NCBI GenBank assembly: GCA_000708835.1
Contig: DF237271.1
Span: 1-64,000, forward strand
Direction: 5' to 3'
Source: Klebsormidium nitens
Lineage: Eukaryota > Plantae > Klebsormidiophyceae
DNA length: 64,000 bases
The translations under genes were made by a program, and so were the position numbers. Of this stretch, positions 1 to 13,400 are shown in pieces (within the stretch, counting starts at the first letter, position 1; the number at the start of each line of letters is the position of its first letter). The notes beneath the pieces were generated by a model. That model did not search any database. It was not told the origin of the DNA and worked only from the letters and a program-made list of their open reading frames with translations.

Positions 1-206
1 TTCTTTACTGGATCCGCATCGTGACATTCTGATAACTGAGTACGCTTTTTGGTTTCAATTTAGCATTATGTTGAGAATCTCGACGTTCTGAAGTCGAAGT
101 TTCTTGGTTTGGAATTCGAATTAGCTCGCGCTCAGCTAATTGTTGTTCCGCCAAATGTTTCGTTAGTAATATGTTAGTATCTCGGCCTCCTGGGTAAATG
201 AGTGCT

Positions 207-868
207 TCATAGTGGTTGCCATTGCAGTGAACAATGAGTGAACAATATGATGATCATTTTTGCCGATCGATTGGTTTGCGGCCTGTAATTTATTATGTCC
301 ATTGGTTTTCTTGTTTCCAATTTCCAAACGAGAATTGGCACTTGGAGTACTAGCGCTAGCACATTAATTTCAAGTTGACTTCCCCAGTTCCCATCTTGAC
401 CCATGTAGTTACTGTAAGCCTGAGCGTTTGGAAACAATTGGAACGAGCTGATACTTTCCGTGGACGGGGCCCGGGGACATCAGGTTTATGGCAGAAGTTT
501 GCGTACAATGAGTATCTGTTCCAGTTCATCACTATGTGGCGGACGCACAAGTTTCGCAGGATCATATGCTGAGATCCTAGCAGGCCGCGAGCGACATTGA
601 TTGATCTGAAAAGGCAATTTCCATCGGATTCTATGCCAAGACGGATGAAATCCTCTTTGAAAATATTGTTTAGTGGGACAAACGAAGGCCGCTGTATCCG
701 TTGAGAAATCCGCGGGATGAACGATCTCTGCATTGTGCTCACTCCATTGTGCTCAGACTGCTTTGTCAAACCGTCAGGATCACCTTCAAGTTCAAGTACA
801 AAATTCGGGATTCCCTTCACATTCTGATCAAAACCTTGCTGCAGCCTGCAGGCTGCAGTTGGGAACAA
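207..868 (-). pseudogene. OTU-like cysteine protease/deubiquitinase, degenerate (frame break near 437-445; catalytic His apparently missing)
   Basis: ORF 356..868 has the OTU Cys motif IESDGNCLFRSI followed by LRNLCVRHIVMNW. ORF 207..437, in another frame, continues YMGQDGNWGSQLEINVLALVLQVPILVW. It ends LFTHCSLQWQPL* where OTUs normally have HY. The only GT-AG join I see is about 35 nt, implausibly short. Confidence 0.7.
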
Positions 869-1057
869 CTTGAAGGAACAAGCGCAGTTGCTGATCAGAA
901 GCCTTCAGGGTCAGCATGGCCATGGGAGCAGCATCACAGTCCAGTGGTTATGAGCTCAAAGAATCAGTAATATGGGAGTCAAGATCCGCAGAGTCTTTGC
1001 TCCAAGCTGCCTGACAGAGCTGGCTGCTGAGATTGCAGTTTTTTGAGAGCTGCACCA

Positions 1058-4000
1058 ATGGAGAGCGGCCACGAGGGTTTTGATTGGTATGGCCAGCCTT
1101 TCGGTCCCCATCAGCAGCAGCAGTACTCAAACTTGGGGCTGCAATTTAGAAGCCAACAGGCCCCCAATGCTGCCCAAGCACCTTACTTATCTCCCCCGTG
1201 CATACAGCTGTTCTGACCCCTTGATGCTGCCTTCAGCCCCTGGCTCTTTCAATAAGACCACTTTGGCACCCGGCAGCCAGAATGCTCACCTTTCTGGCCA
1301 TCAGGCTGGCTATGGCTGGCCTTCTTCCAACCTGCAGTATCGTCATGGGGCGCATGCAAGTCAAGGGGGTTATCCATTGGCTAGGGTGGCCTGGGACCGG
1401 GCAGGTGGCAGGAGTCCCGCTGGTGCAACTTCGGTCCATTGTGGGGGAAGCGCTTCTGTGGATTCGAGAAAGGGGATTGCTGATTGTTTTATCAAGAAGT
1501 CAAAGCAGGCTGATGGGACGCTCGGCCATGCGCAGCATCTTGCCAGAGAGGAGCGGGGTCCGAAAGCAGGGATGACGCACAGCGTGCAAATTCAAGAGCG
1601 AGCTGGGAAGGGATGCCAAAAGAGGCCGCATGACGCAATTGACCCAAATACAAAGCGTTTGAAAGTGTTCAGCAATGTTGGGGGATCAGGACCCCTTCTG
1701 CCTCTTGCTGAATCACCAGACAGCAGAAGTAACAGCCAGCCTGTGATGGTCAAAGTGGCGTCGCAACGAGCACCAGAGAATGTCAACTCCAAAGAGAATG
1801 AGAGAGCAGCAAGTGCCTTGGCCAGACCTGTGATCTGGCCCCCAATGATCATTGTGCAGAATCTCCACACTGGAGTCGTGGACGGGCACTGGGACGGCAT
1901 CTCTCATGCCAGCCTCGAGAAGATGCTGGGGAACAAGTGGAAATTTGAGTCCATTCGACTGAACCCAAAAGGAGGTGGACACAGGGGTGAGCTACTTAAT
2001 TTCTTCAAGACATTGACTGGCGGAAACTCCAACCCTCAGAAGAAACGCTCCTTAGTCACATCATGGCCACAGGATATGAGAACACCATTATACAGCATTT
2101 GTTCTGTAAACTTATCAACTTTGCAATGGTAGTTCTTTTCAAGCGTGGAAGTTGGTACTGGTTTAAAGCCTTATGGTACTCCGGTACGACATTATCAATT
2201 GTCGATCGCTGGAACTCTTTTAAGTTTGGCCTTGTTTTTAAAGTCCTTTGACACTCAAGTGATCCTTTCAGCATGTCCCAAAACGATCCTCTGCATTATT
2301 TGCAGTCAGCCTGCTTCCACTCCCTGCTCAATGGTCACCGATACAATTTTGGATATCGATCCGTTTGGTGCAAGATCAATGGTCATATTACAGAGAGTCA
2401 TCAGATAACTTTTGCCTAAGTGGTAGGAAGCGACAGGTCATATGTTGCGCTCTAACTCAAATCCTTGTCTCCTTTTAATATCGATCTAGCTTTAGCTCTG
2501 CTTCTTGCCGAAGAGTCTTGCTTGGGGTTTTGTGGGATCGTTATTTGCTACAAAGATTAGACTGCAGTACAGATGCAATATCAACATATACAGATCTCCG
2601 CATGGTCGAACATTTTGACCTCTGGTGTGCATAGACTCTCAAAGAGAAGACCTTTTGGATGTCAACGAAGACGAGGTCAGGATGATGGGATTGGCACAAT
2701 TTTCACACTAACAATCTCCCTAGACTTTGTATTGCCTTGCTGGAAGTCACTCAAAGTATAACCTCCTCTGGTACTTGTTCAAGCTCTAAGCATAATTCAC
2801 CAAGGCAGTCCAGATGCAAAGAGTGACCTAACCTGCTACAAGCGGTGTGAGTGCCGCAAAACTCTGCAGGGTGTGGCGGTCACCACACGACCGACAGCAT
2901 CATGCTGATGTCCCAAAACCAGCCACTCAGTCCACCTTACGTGGATCCAGTAGATGTTGATCTTTCGCCTGTGTGGTCACTCATGCCAACATTTTTCCTG
3001 CATGCAGGGCTTGCCCTCATCATAGTCGAGAAAAGTGTGGCTGGCTACAACCGCGCCAAGGAAATGGCTGCTTTCTTCTCAGAAAAGGGTCAAGGGCGGG
3101 CAGACTGGGAACGGCTGCGCCCCAAGCTTGAAGTGAACGGAAGGAGGTTCCTCTGCAAATCCGAGGGGACGTTGCAGAGGAAGCTGCCGGCTGGGCCAAG
3201 CACACGGAGGGCCTTGTGGAGGAGGACGGCACGCGGCGGCTGTTCTGTTTCCTCTCCCAAGCAGCTGACCTTCAAGAGCGAGGCTTGTTCCCACAGTAAG
3301 CAGTAGTGCAACCTGGTGCAATGAAACCAAATTTCGAAAGAAAACTCTGCAGTAAAGTACAAGCGTGAGCATCTCTGGTTTATGAAGAAGCTCGCAGAGC
3401 AGACTAGAGGCCCCCATTGCGGGGGTGTTTTGTAGAGGCATACATCGTGGCTCACCTTTTGCAATCTCGCAAATCAGATTGAGGAGATGTGACTTTTCTT
3501 TTTGTAGGACACAGTCCGGCAAAGCATACTGACTTCAGACAATGAGCCTGAATGTGCTCAGAAAGTTTAAAATTCAGGATGGCGTGTTTAGTTTAGCGGC
3601 GCTCTTGCACGGATTGCTATCAACTAATAACATCACATAGATATCGGCTTCCCCTCAAAAGAGCTATCCATTCTGCAGAAACATACCAAGCCGCGGAGGC
3701 TTTGTCGCAGTGCCGAGCAACAAAAGTCTGTTTTTCCTGATCGACTTGCCATGCATAAGTCCGCATTCCGGCTCCGATCCTTCCGGAACCGAACAAGTGT
3801 CTACCATTCTGCAGGACAAAAAGAGGCGTGACCAGATGGGAGAGCTTGCAAGTCCAAGAGTTGCAGTTGAGGCTGGGCGAAGAGCTTGAACCCGAAGGAG
3901 CTGAGGAAAAGATTGCCGATTTGTTCGAAGAAATGAAGGCGTACGTGCGGACCACGAATGAAGAACGGGTGAAGCAGAAGGTATGCTCTCGCTGCCAGGA

Positions 4001-6140
4001 CTACACTTGTCGTATCAGTTGAAAATTACGCTTCAGATAAGACGGACAAGCGGTTGTGTCTGCGACGTAGAAAAGAGGTGGTTCTTGAACACACTTATCC
4101 GTCCGAATACGAAGAAATCGAGGAGAAGATCCTTTGCTGGTGCAAGTTGTGGATGCGACCAGCACGACTAGATTGCTGATCTTCAAGAAGGCTTTGCGTG
4201 GCTTTGCGTCCCTGTCTTGTCGGTGTAATTGAATGCGTCGATAACTCGTCTGGGTAGCTTTAAAAGCACAGTCGTAATGCAATACATCAGGACAGGTGAG
4301 ACAGTGAGAACTTGGAAACCTTTGCTGAGGCGCTCGCTGATGATCATGAAGCACGGAAGTGAGTACTTTGGCGCAAAGTCCTTAATTAGCAGATAGTTTT
4401 TGAAGTCATCATCCTAATCCGTTCTGGACAGTTGATCCGCACGAGTGAATGGGGCGCGCTATTTGACTTTGCGACCAAGGAGGATGGCAAGTAGCGCAAC
4501 AATTTAAACCCAGATCGGAAGCGACGGCCGAAACAGTCAGGGGTCTGATGAGGATGCTTCTTTGCAGCTTCTTCAAGGACTCGACCGCCTGGAGAGAGCA
4601 CACCGGTTGGAGCTGTCCACAAAGACCGGCATGCCAGCGACCAACGGGGGAGAACGCGCGGACAACACGAACGAGCTTCAACGCCTGAATCAGACGATCC
4701 AGAGCTACCGAAAGTATTTTGAGGACCTCAAGCAGACCACCAAGAGGTGAGCCGTTCCCTGCTGATTTGCATATCGAGCGCAGAAAGGAGGTCCACTGAT
4801 GTCTTCGTCAAGGCAGCCGACGGATGACAACACGTTGATCGTGACGGACCTTTCGGTCCGAGTGTAAGTCAGGCGTCAGGCGTCAAGCAGTTAGGCTTTT
4901 TGAGAACAGGACGATCAGGACCCTTTCCATCGGAAGCACTCTACGGGGACCGTCGGCTGTTAGAAGTACATGTATTGAGGCACGATCTGCTGGTCGAAGG
5001 CATCGGCTAAGTTCCGATTATTCGACCGTTTCTTTGTTATTGCTAGGAGTCGAAGAACAAGGCGTCAATGAAGTTTCTTCAGTCAAGCAGGTTGAACAAT
5101 CGACAAAAGACCGACGTCAGATCCATCGAGAGGAAAAGTCTCGTTTTCGATAACTAGGCGCGGATCCTCGTCGTTTGGCTCGCGTGAGTAAAGAAAGGTG
5201 CGATGATGCGTACCTGCTGTCATAAGGCGTTAACTGGCTCTTGCAACCAAAAGACGGAGTTCTAGAAGCCGAAAAAATCCTCTCCGCGTTGCAGTTTGAA
5301 GACCGAAGTCCAACGTCAGCTAACGGAGAAGGTGAAAGAGGTCGAGACGTTGACTTCGGAACTGCGGGCGCTGCGGAACAACGTTCAAGCATGGACCGAG
5401 AGAGAGGACGCAAGTCGGAAAGAGGTGTGATTCCTTGCTTATTCCTTGTCGGTATGTGACTTCTGAATCTCTGGAGCTGACAAAAATGGGTTCGCGGCCT
5501 TTCAACAAAAACAACATATTGCTTCCCGTTGGCTTTCCGGGAGGAAATCGACGTGGGTTGAGAATACCAATCGCAGGTAGCGAGCCCTCAAGTGAGATTT
5601 TTTTCCGCAATCGAGGCTCGGCGCTTAAGCATCTTCGACTTCTTTGGGATCGGGGTGATGCGTAGCTAAGGTTCTGAGTCTATTTCTGAGCGTTGATGTA
5701 TGTGAGGTCGTCAAGCGCTGCCATCCTGTAATGGTGCTCCGAAACTAGATTTCTCGAGCGCGACCTGACGCCTCTTTTGGACTTACAAACCGTCGGTTTT
5801 TACGACCCCGCATTCTTACGGTTGTGATCAGAAAGTATCCACGCAGACTGTACAGTAATGCCCCTCGTCAGCCATGTCGCAAAGACTCTCCTCGAGACAC
5901 CCACTTCCATCTCTGTTGCAGGCCGATGAACATTCTGGATGCGGTATCTGCTTTGAAGCGTGGAGCAAAGAAGTCCGGCGGGCTGCGTTTGACTGTGGTC
6001 ATGCGACATCGTGTATCGACTGTAGCAGAGACTACCTTGAAAGCGAATTTGCACGGGCTAATAATGCAAAGCGGCCCACCTTCAAGTGTCCACTTGGCTG
6101 TGCCTTGAAGAGCAAGCACCTCATTGAGCTTTACCTTTGA
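1058..6140 (+). pseudogene. XS-domain (SGS3-like) + coiled-coil + C-terminal RING locus, apparently disrupted
   Basis: Exon ending 1986 has VIWPPMIIVQN...GGHRG|gtgagc. Exon from 3008 (tgcag|) has GLALIIVEKSVAGYNRAKEMAAFFSEKGQGRADW, then in a shifted frame DGTRRLFCFLSQAADLQE; together these match the XS domain as I recall it from SGS3. Helical exons at about 3825-3980 and 4513-4747 follow, then a RING exon. Frameshifts at about 1193-1197 and about 3130; in-frame TAA at 5151 and 5223 unless spliced out. That all exons form one gene is inferred. Confidence 0.55.
5921..6140 (+). CDS. C3HC4 RING-finger terminal exon (E3 ligase type)
   Basis: Acceptor gttgcag|GCC, then CGIC...DCGHATSCIDC...KCPLGC and a C-terminal IELYL*, like IAP/MDM2-type terminal RINGs. 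Confidence 0.8.
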
Positions 6141-9100
6141 GCCCTGGAGCTGATGCAGCTTGTCAGATGTGAGGACAACGGATAATCTGCACGTGTAGCA
6201 CTGTTCGGGTGTTGTGCTTTCATGTACTACTAGGCTCGAATTACAAACTTGTATTGTACGTTCGGTTGCTAGGACGCAAGCTCCAGGAGGCTAGATTAGG
6301 AACTGTTCGTACGTCATTATGTGGGCGGTACATCAAGTGTAGACGTTGACATTGATTTTTTTCGGGAGACCGCACTACTGCCGGCCCCTGGATTGACTGT
6401 TCATGATTCAAGCCGGCATGATCGCATACCTACAGCGACGTGTGACAGTCTACAAACGTTAAGTCAGTCTCCGATAATTGCATATGTGAGATTGTGACTC
6501 ACTTCACATCCAGCGCGCCCATATGCACATAGTGACTGTGTGCTAGTCGCTGCTAGTAAATTTCTATGCGTGCTCTGGCCCGGCCATTGCTGAGCCTGTT
6601 GATGGTCTCTAATTCTCAGTTTCGCCGTAGCCCATCGCGCTAAACATTTGAATGTTTCTTTTGCAAGAAAGGAACTTCGTGGTCGCCACCCGCGCGCTGC
6701 ACTGACTATCATTACTTAATCGACGGTGATCCTTTAGCCTTATCGATCTGCTTAGGAAGTGGGTAGCCCAGCTACAGTAGCATGGCCGGACCAGTTTCTC
6801 TTTGTCAGCTGTGCGACATTCCTCAAATCAGTACGTTTGATCGTTTGATCCAGTTCAGTCAAGAAAGTCTGTCACTTATTGATCTCGAGCGAATCTGATC
6901 CGCCCTCTTTTAAAATCCTTTGACGTTCGGATGGTGGTGCTATTTACAATCGGGTCATTGCTTGCACAAGTTCGAAGAATGATAGCTGTTGCAGCAAATG
7001 GAAAGGCACTGAGTAGAGGCCGTCGGTCACTCACTCGGCTGGGGTGTCCGAACACAGACTGTCGACTGGCAGCCAGCTTAAGCCGCGCGACGTATCCGGG
7101 CCGGGCCCGGGGCCGCCTTGCAGCGCGCGCTCACTCGCGCGGCTGCCGTTAGTGCAAAACCCTGAGACCCTGCCGAAACCCTGGCGCCATGGGTCACTGG
7201 GAAGCGCGGCGGCCGGCCGCCGGGTGATCCGCCTTGTAAGACCTGCCAGCGCGGGCTGTTGCCAGGCGCGGCAAGCGCCTCAGCGCGCGGCAGCTGGGGC
7301 GCCCTGCGTCGTCTTGGCAGAAGATACATATACCCCACCGCATGTATTATTGGCGCAGAAGGTTCGGCTTTGCATGTCCTGCTTTGAGGTGCGGCATGGC
7401 GAGAGTATCAGAAGAATTCAGTGATCGGTACTACACCCTGAAGACTCGCTACTTCAGGTGTTTGATAGTAATAATGATACCCTTCGCCATTGCTCAATTC
7501 GCTGAGGTGAGGCTCATGTTCTCATCATCTCACACCAAGTTGCATGTCTTAGGAAGTCTAAAATTAGGATGCAGCAGTACTGACCGAACATAGTGCATTT
7601 CGCTTATTTAAAACCCCAAAACTCGTTTGTAACACTGTCCTTTGGCCAAGGCAAGACACCTTCTGACTTTCTCACTCTTGGAGCGGGCCGGGTCCGAATG
7701 AAACCTTCTGACAATGGCTTTCCCGGTTTGCAACATGCTCCTGACTGCAATTTTTCTGAAGAGAAGTGCTCTCCCCTGACGTGCTTCACTGCCTGTTTTG
7801 TGCTCGCTTAGAGATTCGAAGGATCTTCCGGCCTGGTTCAGAACCTAACTGACTCGCCCGGGAAACTGACGTTGTAGATCCTTTCTTTCAGGCCCGGCTT
7901 GATATTTGGGTACAGTGCTCGTCCTGTAACTCAATTTTAGATCAAGCTGGTGAACCTCGATAATAGGACCTCGTCTCTTATTTTCACATGCAAACATGCA
8001 AAGGAGAGCACTCTAAGTTGACCCGCCTTCCAGACGCCAGAAGCATGCAAGGAGCCGGATATCTCCCGGATATCACAGACAGAGAGGGTACCAATCAGAT
8101 AAAATCTGGCCTCTCGTCCCTCAGATCCACGTCTTTGTGTGCTCAGCCGATCGGATCGTGTCCTCGCGCGCTACCGACAGCACTTCAAAGTGGCTTCAAA
8201 AAGTAGGAGAAGTTGCCAGCTTGACGTTGTTGTCACCTCTGATCGAGCTGCATCGTGATTGGCATATTTGCGAGTCCTTTAGCAATGGGTCTCTCTAATC
8301 ATCACATCACCCGAATCCAGGACTTCAAGGAAGACGTCCAAACCCAGTGGATCGTTTGTCCGAAAGCTTCTGGAAAGTAGATCATCGCTTTTTTTCGTAG
8401 TTTGCAAATCCCCGCAGTGACTGTGAAAGGGCTTCTTTGTAGACAGTAGCCTGGTTCATTAAAGTTCACCCGTTCATAGATTAAAGCCGAATTTTAAGAA
8501 TATGCTCTCAAACGTCGTTTCATTCAGCAGGATATGCCAATGGCAGATTGACCCGTCCTAAGATCAGGCCGGCTGGTTTATGCATATTGTTGACGTGCAG
8601 CTGGACCCAATCAACAAAACCGCGTTTTTTTGCAGTCAATCTGGTCTCAGCCCCCGGCATGGACCGTAGCTGTTTCACAGACCATCAGACCCAGCTGTGC
8701 CATTGTAGGTCTTGGCGTCCTGCAATGGGTGCCGGACTTCTATGAAATGCTTTGGATGCTTTGGATGTTAATTCTGGGGGGGAAAACCACTCGCAAAGCA
8801 AGGGGCCTCGACAGGTCGGCGGACTAAGTCCTTGAGACAACCGTGGTTAGTCAAAGCGCAGAGTCAGCAAGATTTCCGCGTGTCCAAGGGTTGTCTAAGC
8901 AAGTCAAGGTAGTATCGCACAAAGTAAGGATCGCTTCAAGTGCTGTAGTGGTGGAAGGGTGGTTGAATTGGATGATCCGACGATCCTTTTAGCATTCCAG
9001 TTGAGGGCGAACGTTGGAGCGCGCACCCGGAGCGCATCGCTTCTGAACTACTTTCCGGAGCAGAAATGTTGGTCGGAGTAGCGTACAATCAACTTGTGCA

Positions 9101-10439
9101 TAAGTTTGAGTGTGTGCGAGCTGATGGTTTCAGCTGGAGAGGTCGATCATGATTATCTGTTAGGAAATATGATTCATGGTTGGATTGGTTGCAACACAGT
9201 GGATATCTCTGGACGTTTGTACGTAATGACGGCCTGCCGAGGGCCTGCCTAGTGGCTGATTAGGTTGCGCGTCGACCGAAAATCTACCACCCCCCACTTT
9301 GATATTGTCAGACCACGTGGTTCAGGAAACCCTGGTTTCGGCAGTGGTTTGCAGCAAACCCTCCACATCTGTGCGGCCTATATCACCCAATTCTGCACCA
9401 AAATGCTCTATCCAAAGCACATGGGCAATGGCCATGAGTGGTGGCAATTGCCGGCAAGGCTTCTTTGAGCAGAAAAGATGCTCATTTGATACTTATAGGC
9501 GACACAATCACCTCAATGTTGCAAACCTCTTACAAAACCATATTTATGAAAAGCAGGCCTCTGATTGGCTCAGAAATCTGGGATGACCTCGGAGGTGTTC
9601 GGTCGACGCGCAACCTTACGTAATTGGAAACCGGGCCAGACGCTGTGAGTTTACGCGCTAAGCTTCATTTGTATACAGGGACGTTACCGCTTTGAACCGT
9701 ACGTGCATACCAGCGCGTTGACCCATATAATGATCAGATCATCATCATCCTATCTATGCCGCCAAGATATACTGAGTCACTAATCGCGTTACACAGCTTT
9801 GCATAGGAGGAGCTTTTCGGCCCTCATGGAACGTAGGTCCATTTGTGCCGCATTCAAAAGATGGAAAAGGAACTATGTTTTCCCCAGGCATGTACAATCG
9901 ACTTTGAAAGATCACATGACGTCTTGTCACGTCTGGCACTCATAAACGCTTTGGATTGAAATCGATCATTTAGCATGGGAATCAGGCCTTTTGATCCATT
10001 GGACAAATCCGATCGCCGTAGCTGCGTCAGTCATCTTATGGCTCGAAATCGTGACGTGGCGTTGGGGGCGGACCTTCTCCGTCACCATTTGTGTTCTTTC
10101 AACCTGCAAGCTACGTGGCACCTGACATAAACGCCACTAACTCCTGTGGTCACGCGTAGGACGGCGGCATGCCTTTGCAACTAAACTAGAAACTTGCGTT
10201 TACTTCAGTGTCTACACGATATTCTACCATTCATCATTACTATTAAACTCAAAGCAAGAGCTACCACTGTTCGATCCGGTTGACCCTGCCTAACTCAGGT
10301 CTCTGGTCAACGTCTACCTTCATGTCAATGTCTAAGCTCACCTTGACTCACAAGTCTCGCAACTTTCATCACGTCTTCCACTCCATGTACGCCCCTACAT
10401 AGAGACTAAGCTTACGTACGTATACCCTTAGCGTTAAGC

Positions 10440-13400
10440 TTATGCGGTCGCGGTGTTGCTTTCTACGGCAGCCTCCTCGTGAGCAACACCGGGAGGCACG
10501 TAATCCAGGAGCTCGTCGAACTCCGCGTGCCACTTCGCAACGTAGTCGAGGATCGGGATGTCCGTCTCATCGCGGCCAAACGGATCGGCGAGGGCGTTGG
10601 AAAGCTCACGGATCCCGAGCGTGACCAAGGTAGTCAGGGCCAAGGGGACCAAGCTGTAGAAGTAGGACGCCGATACCTGTCCAGGAAGTTACGATGTCAA
10701 TCAGCGTCAGATGAAGCCAGCTTTTCCGTTCGGGTCCTTTCGCCTCCGAGCAAACTTGCACTCCCATGGCCTAAAGATGCCAAGATACTGGCTGACAGGG
10801 GCTCTAAGGCGCACTGAAAAGTTCATTAGGGAAGTAAGGACCGGTGATGCATCGGTTATCGCATGTTACCAGATACTTTGCTTCTTTCCGTTGCACGTGA
10901 GCCGTCCTCTTTGACCATGCAAACAAAGACCAGCAGGACGCTCTCATTTGACCATCATCTGGTACAATTATAAGCTTCTAGACCGGGTGATGTGATCAAG
11001 CTGTTAACGTTGAGTTTTTTTTAGCATTCACAAGCCCCGTTCCCACGTGAAGCTGAGTTGTTATGCGTGAACTAATCGGACAAAACTCAATCCGGAAAGC
11101 TTGGTTCTTATCCTGGCCCAGTGAGGCAGCCTCAGCTTCTGAACCTCGACCGTCTGATCAGCATATTCCGATCGAACGAGAATCAGATCTTCAAAGGCCA
11201 GAAAAGCATTTGTCCCTTCTTTTCCACAAAGTTTAGCAGAAACGACCGGCGATAGAGCATGAAGAACAGCTTCAGCCAATAAATAAGTGAAGCCGACTTC
11301 AGAGCGACGGGTAGCAACCAGAGACGTAGTAAGTGTAGGCCAGTACCTGAGTGTAGGCCAGCAAGAGCAGGTAACCAATAGCCATCAGGTTGAGCAGGTG
11401 GTAGAAGGCAAAGGGCACCTGCAAACACAGCAAGCCTTCGAATTAGTCCCTCACATCTGCAAAGCCTTTACTAGTTGCCAATCAAACAGCGCGCTTTTGT
11501 TCTCCTTTAGCGTCAGCTAACTTCTCCTGAGGCACTGTTATTTCCGCTGGTCAGGCCTGCCAGGAAACCTTTGCTATCTTGGAACGATCTCGTCACATCC
11601 TGGTGCGACTTCCAAGTGTTGAAAGGAGTGTCAAAACTTAGATTGACCGAAGAAGAAACCGTGCCAATCGCTCTTCATATTTATACCTTATGCGATCAGC
11701 ATCATAAAGGAGTCTATCAGATTTGAAAGTCGAGCCGAACAAAGCATATCGAGTTTTCAAAGTAATGGCTGCAGCTAGCGACGTCAAATAAGATGGCTTA
11801 CCGGCATCTGCACGTGCTCAAACAGCATATTGATGTTCATGCCGATTTTCCCAGTGTACCCAAGCAGGCGGTCCAGCGACCTCGCTGTCAAATGGCCGCG
11901 CTTATGCTCCTGGTATAACGTGTACGTCAGCCATTTCGAAACCTGCAGACAGTCATTCTTTTCTTCAGCACAGAGCTGACGATAAGTAAGTGCTTGGCAT
12001 CAACCGGAGGTCAAAAAAGCAGACTGCTTTCGACATGGTACCCTTATCATGAGGCTGAGTCTCCATCACGCAGTAGTGGGAATTCCGCTCTAGGTACTAT
12101 TGACCACCTTGCAGCGACGCTTTTGCCCTGCCACCTTCGGAAGCCATGTCGTGTTCCTCACTGGCATTTCAAAAATCCAATCTAGCAACACACCCATACA
12201 TTTCTTTGCTCAGTGCCTTACCCATTGATGCGGCTTGGACGTCTTTGACAGGCTGAGCAGCTCCGCTTTCTCCTCCGGTGTGAACAGCTCCAGCTCACAC
12301 ATATAGTTGAATACCCAGATGTTAAGGCTCTTCTCTTGGTAGTGCGGGAACCACCCGTAGGTGCAGTAAAAAAGCGCAAGGCAGTACTTGTGGAGCTTCA
12401 TGCGCATCTCTCTGGCGCCAGGGAAAGCGTCGTCCGCGAAGAGGGAGCGAATATGCTGGTGGAAGGAGATGGCGCCCCGCCGCATATCCACGACCGCCTC
12501 ATACTGCTTGAAGTACCTGAGAGGAGCGGGACAGGGCGCAGTCTGTCAAGATGCCTTGCAAGCTCTCAGTTTGTCCACTGACTACGCTTTTTCCGACACA
12601 TTCATACTGACAAATATGACCTCAATTACCGTGACTTACCTCTCAAGCAAGAAAGCCAAACTTCCCCAGAAGCTGGTGGTGTTTGATGGTAATGAAGAAT
12701 GTTTGTATGACTTTTTAAGGAGTCCATACTCAGTGTTGGACTGGTTCTGGTCCTGTAAGACTTCCGTCACTTTGATTGACGTCTTAGGCAAGTGAATTGA
12801 CCACTAAACAGAAGAAGTAGTGTGACCTCTTTCTAGGGATGCTCACCGATTATAGCTCTGCGTGGTTTGGAAAACGAGGCAGAACGAGACAAGCGTCGCC
12901 AGGAAACCGCTGTAGGTGGTAGTCCTCAGGAAGGGCCATTGTGACCGTTGAGTGGCAGGCGTGTTGGAAGAGTCGATCCTGGTATGCTGGAAGTCCACTT
13001 TGTAGTACAGTATTACAAGGATGAGGTGGGTCAACATGACCATCCAAAAGGAGTAACTCTTGAGCGTCTCCAAAACCGCCGTCCCTGGCAGACGGAGGAG
13101 CAACCGCAAGGGATGGCTTGCATCATAGATGTACGTCCCCTCCGGTATCTGGAAAAGGCACAGGCGATTGTTACTGGCTGGCTGGCTGGCTAAGGCTGGA
13201 GCCATGATATGTTTTGGAAATGAATGATGAGCCATCAAAGGAAGAGCCCTCGGACGAGCAAGTTTTGGGGTTCTTGGAGACTAATACGCTTTTGGTCCAA
13301 GAAACTGATGCTGCAAGTGGTCAAGAAGCAGAACAAGGCACAAGAGCCAAGGACTGTTCGAAAATACTCTTCAATCGCCTACCCTCTTGTGGTAAAAGGT

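Noticed and set aside
7396-8670. Faint resemblance of DRYYTLK...RISPGYHRQR to NOP10
   Set aside because: Depends on an unverified splice model, and the conserved NOP10 residues (SAHPARFSPDDK) are poorly matched.
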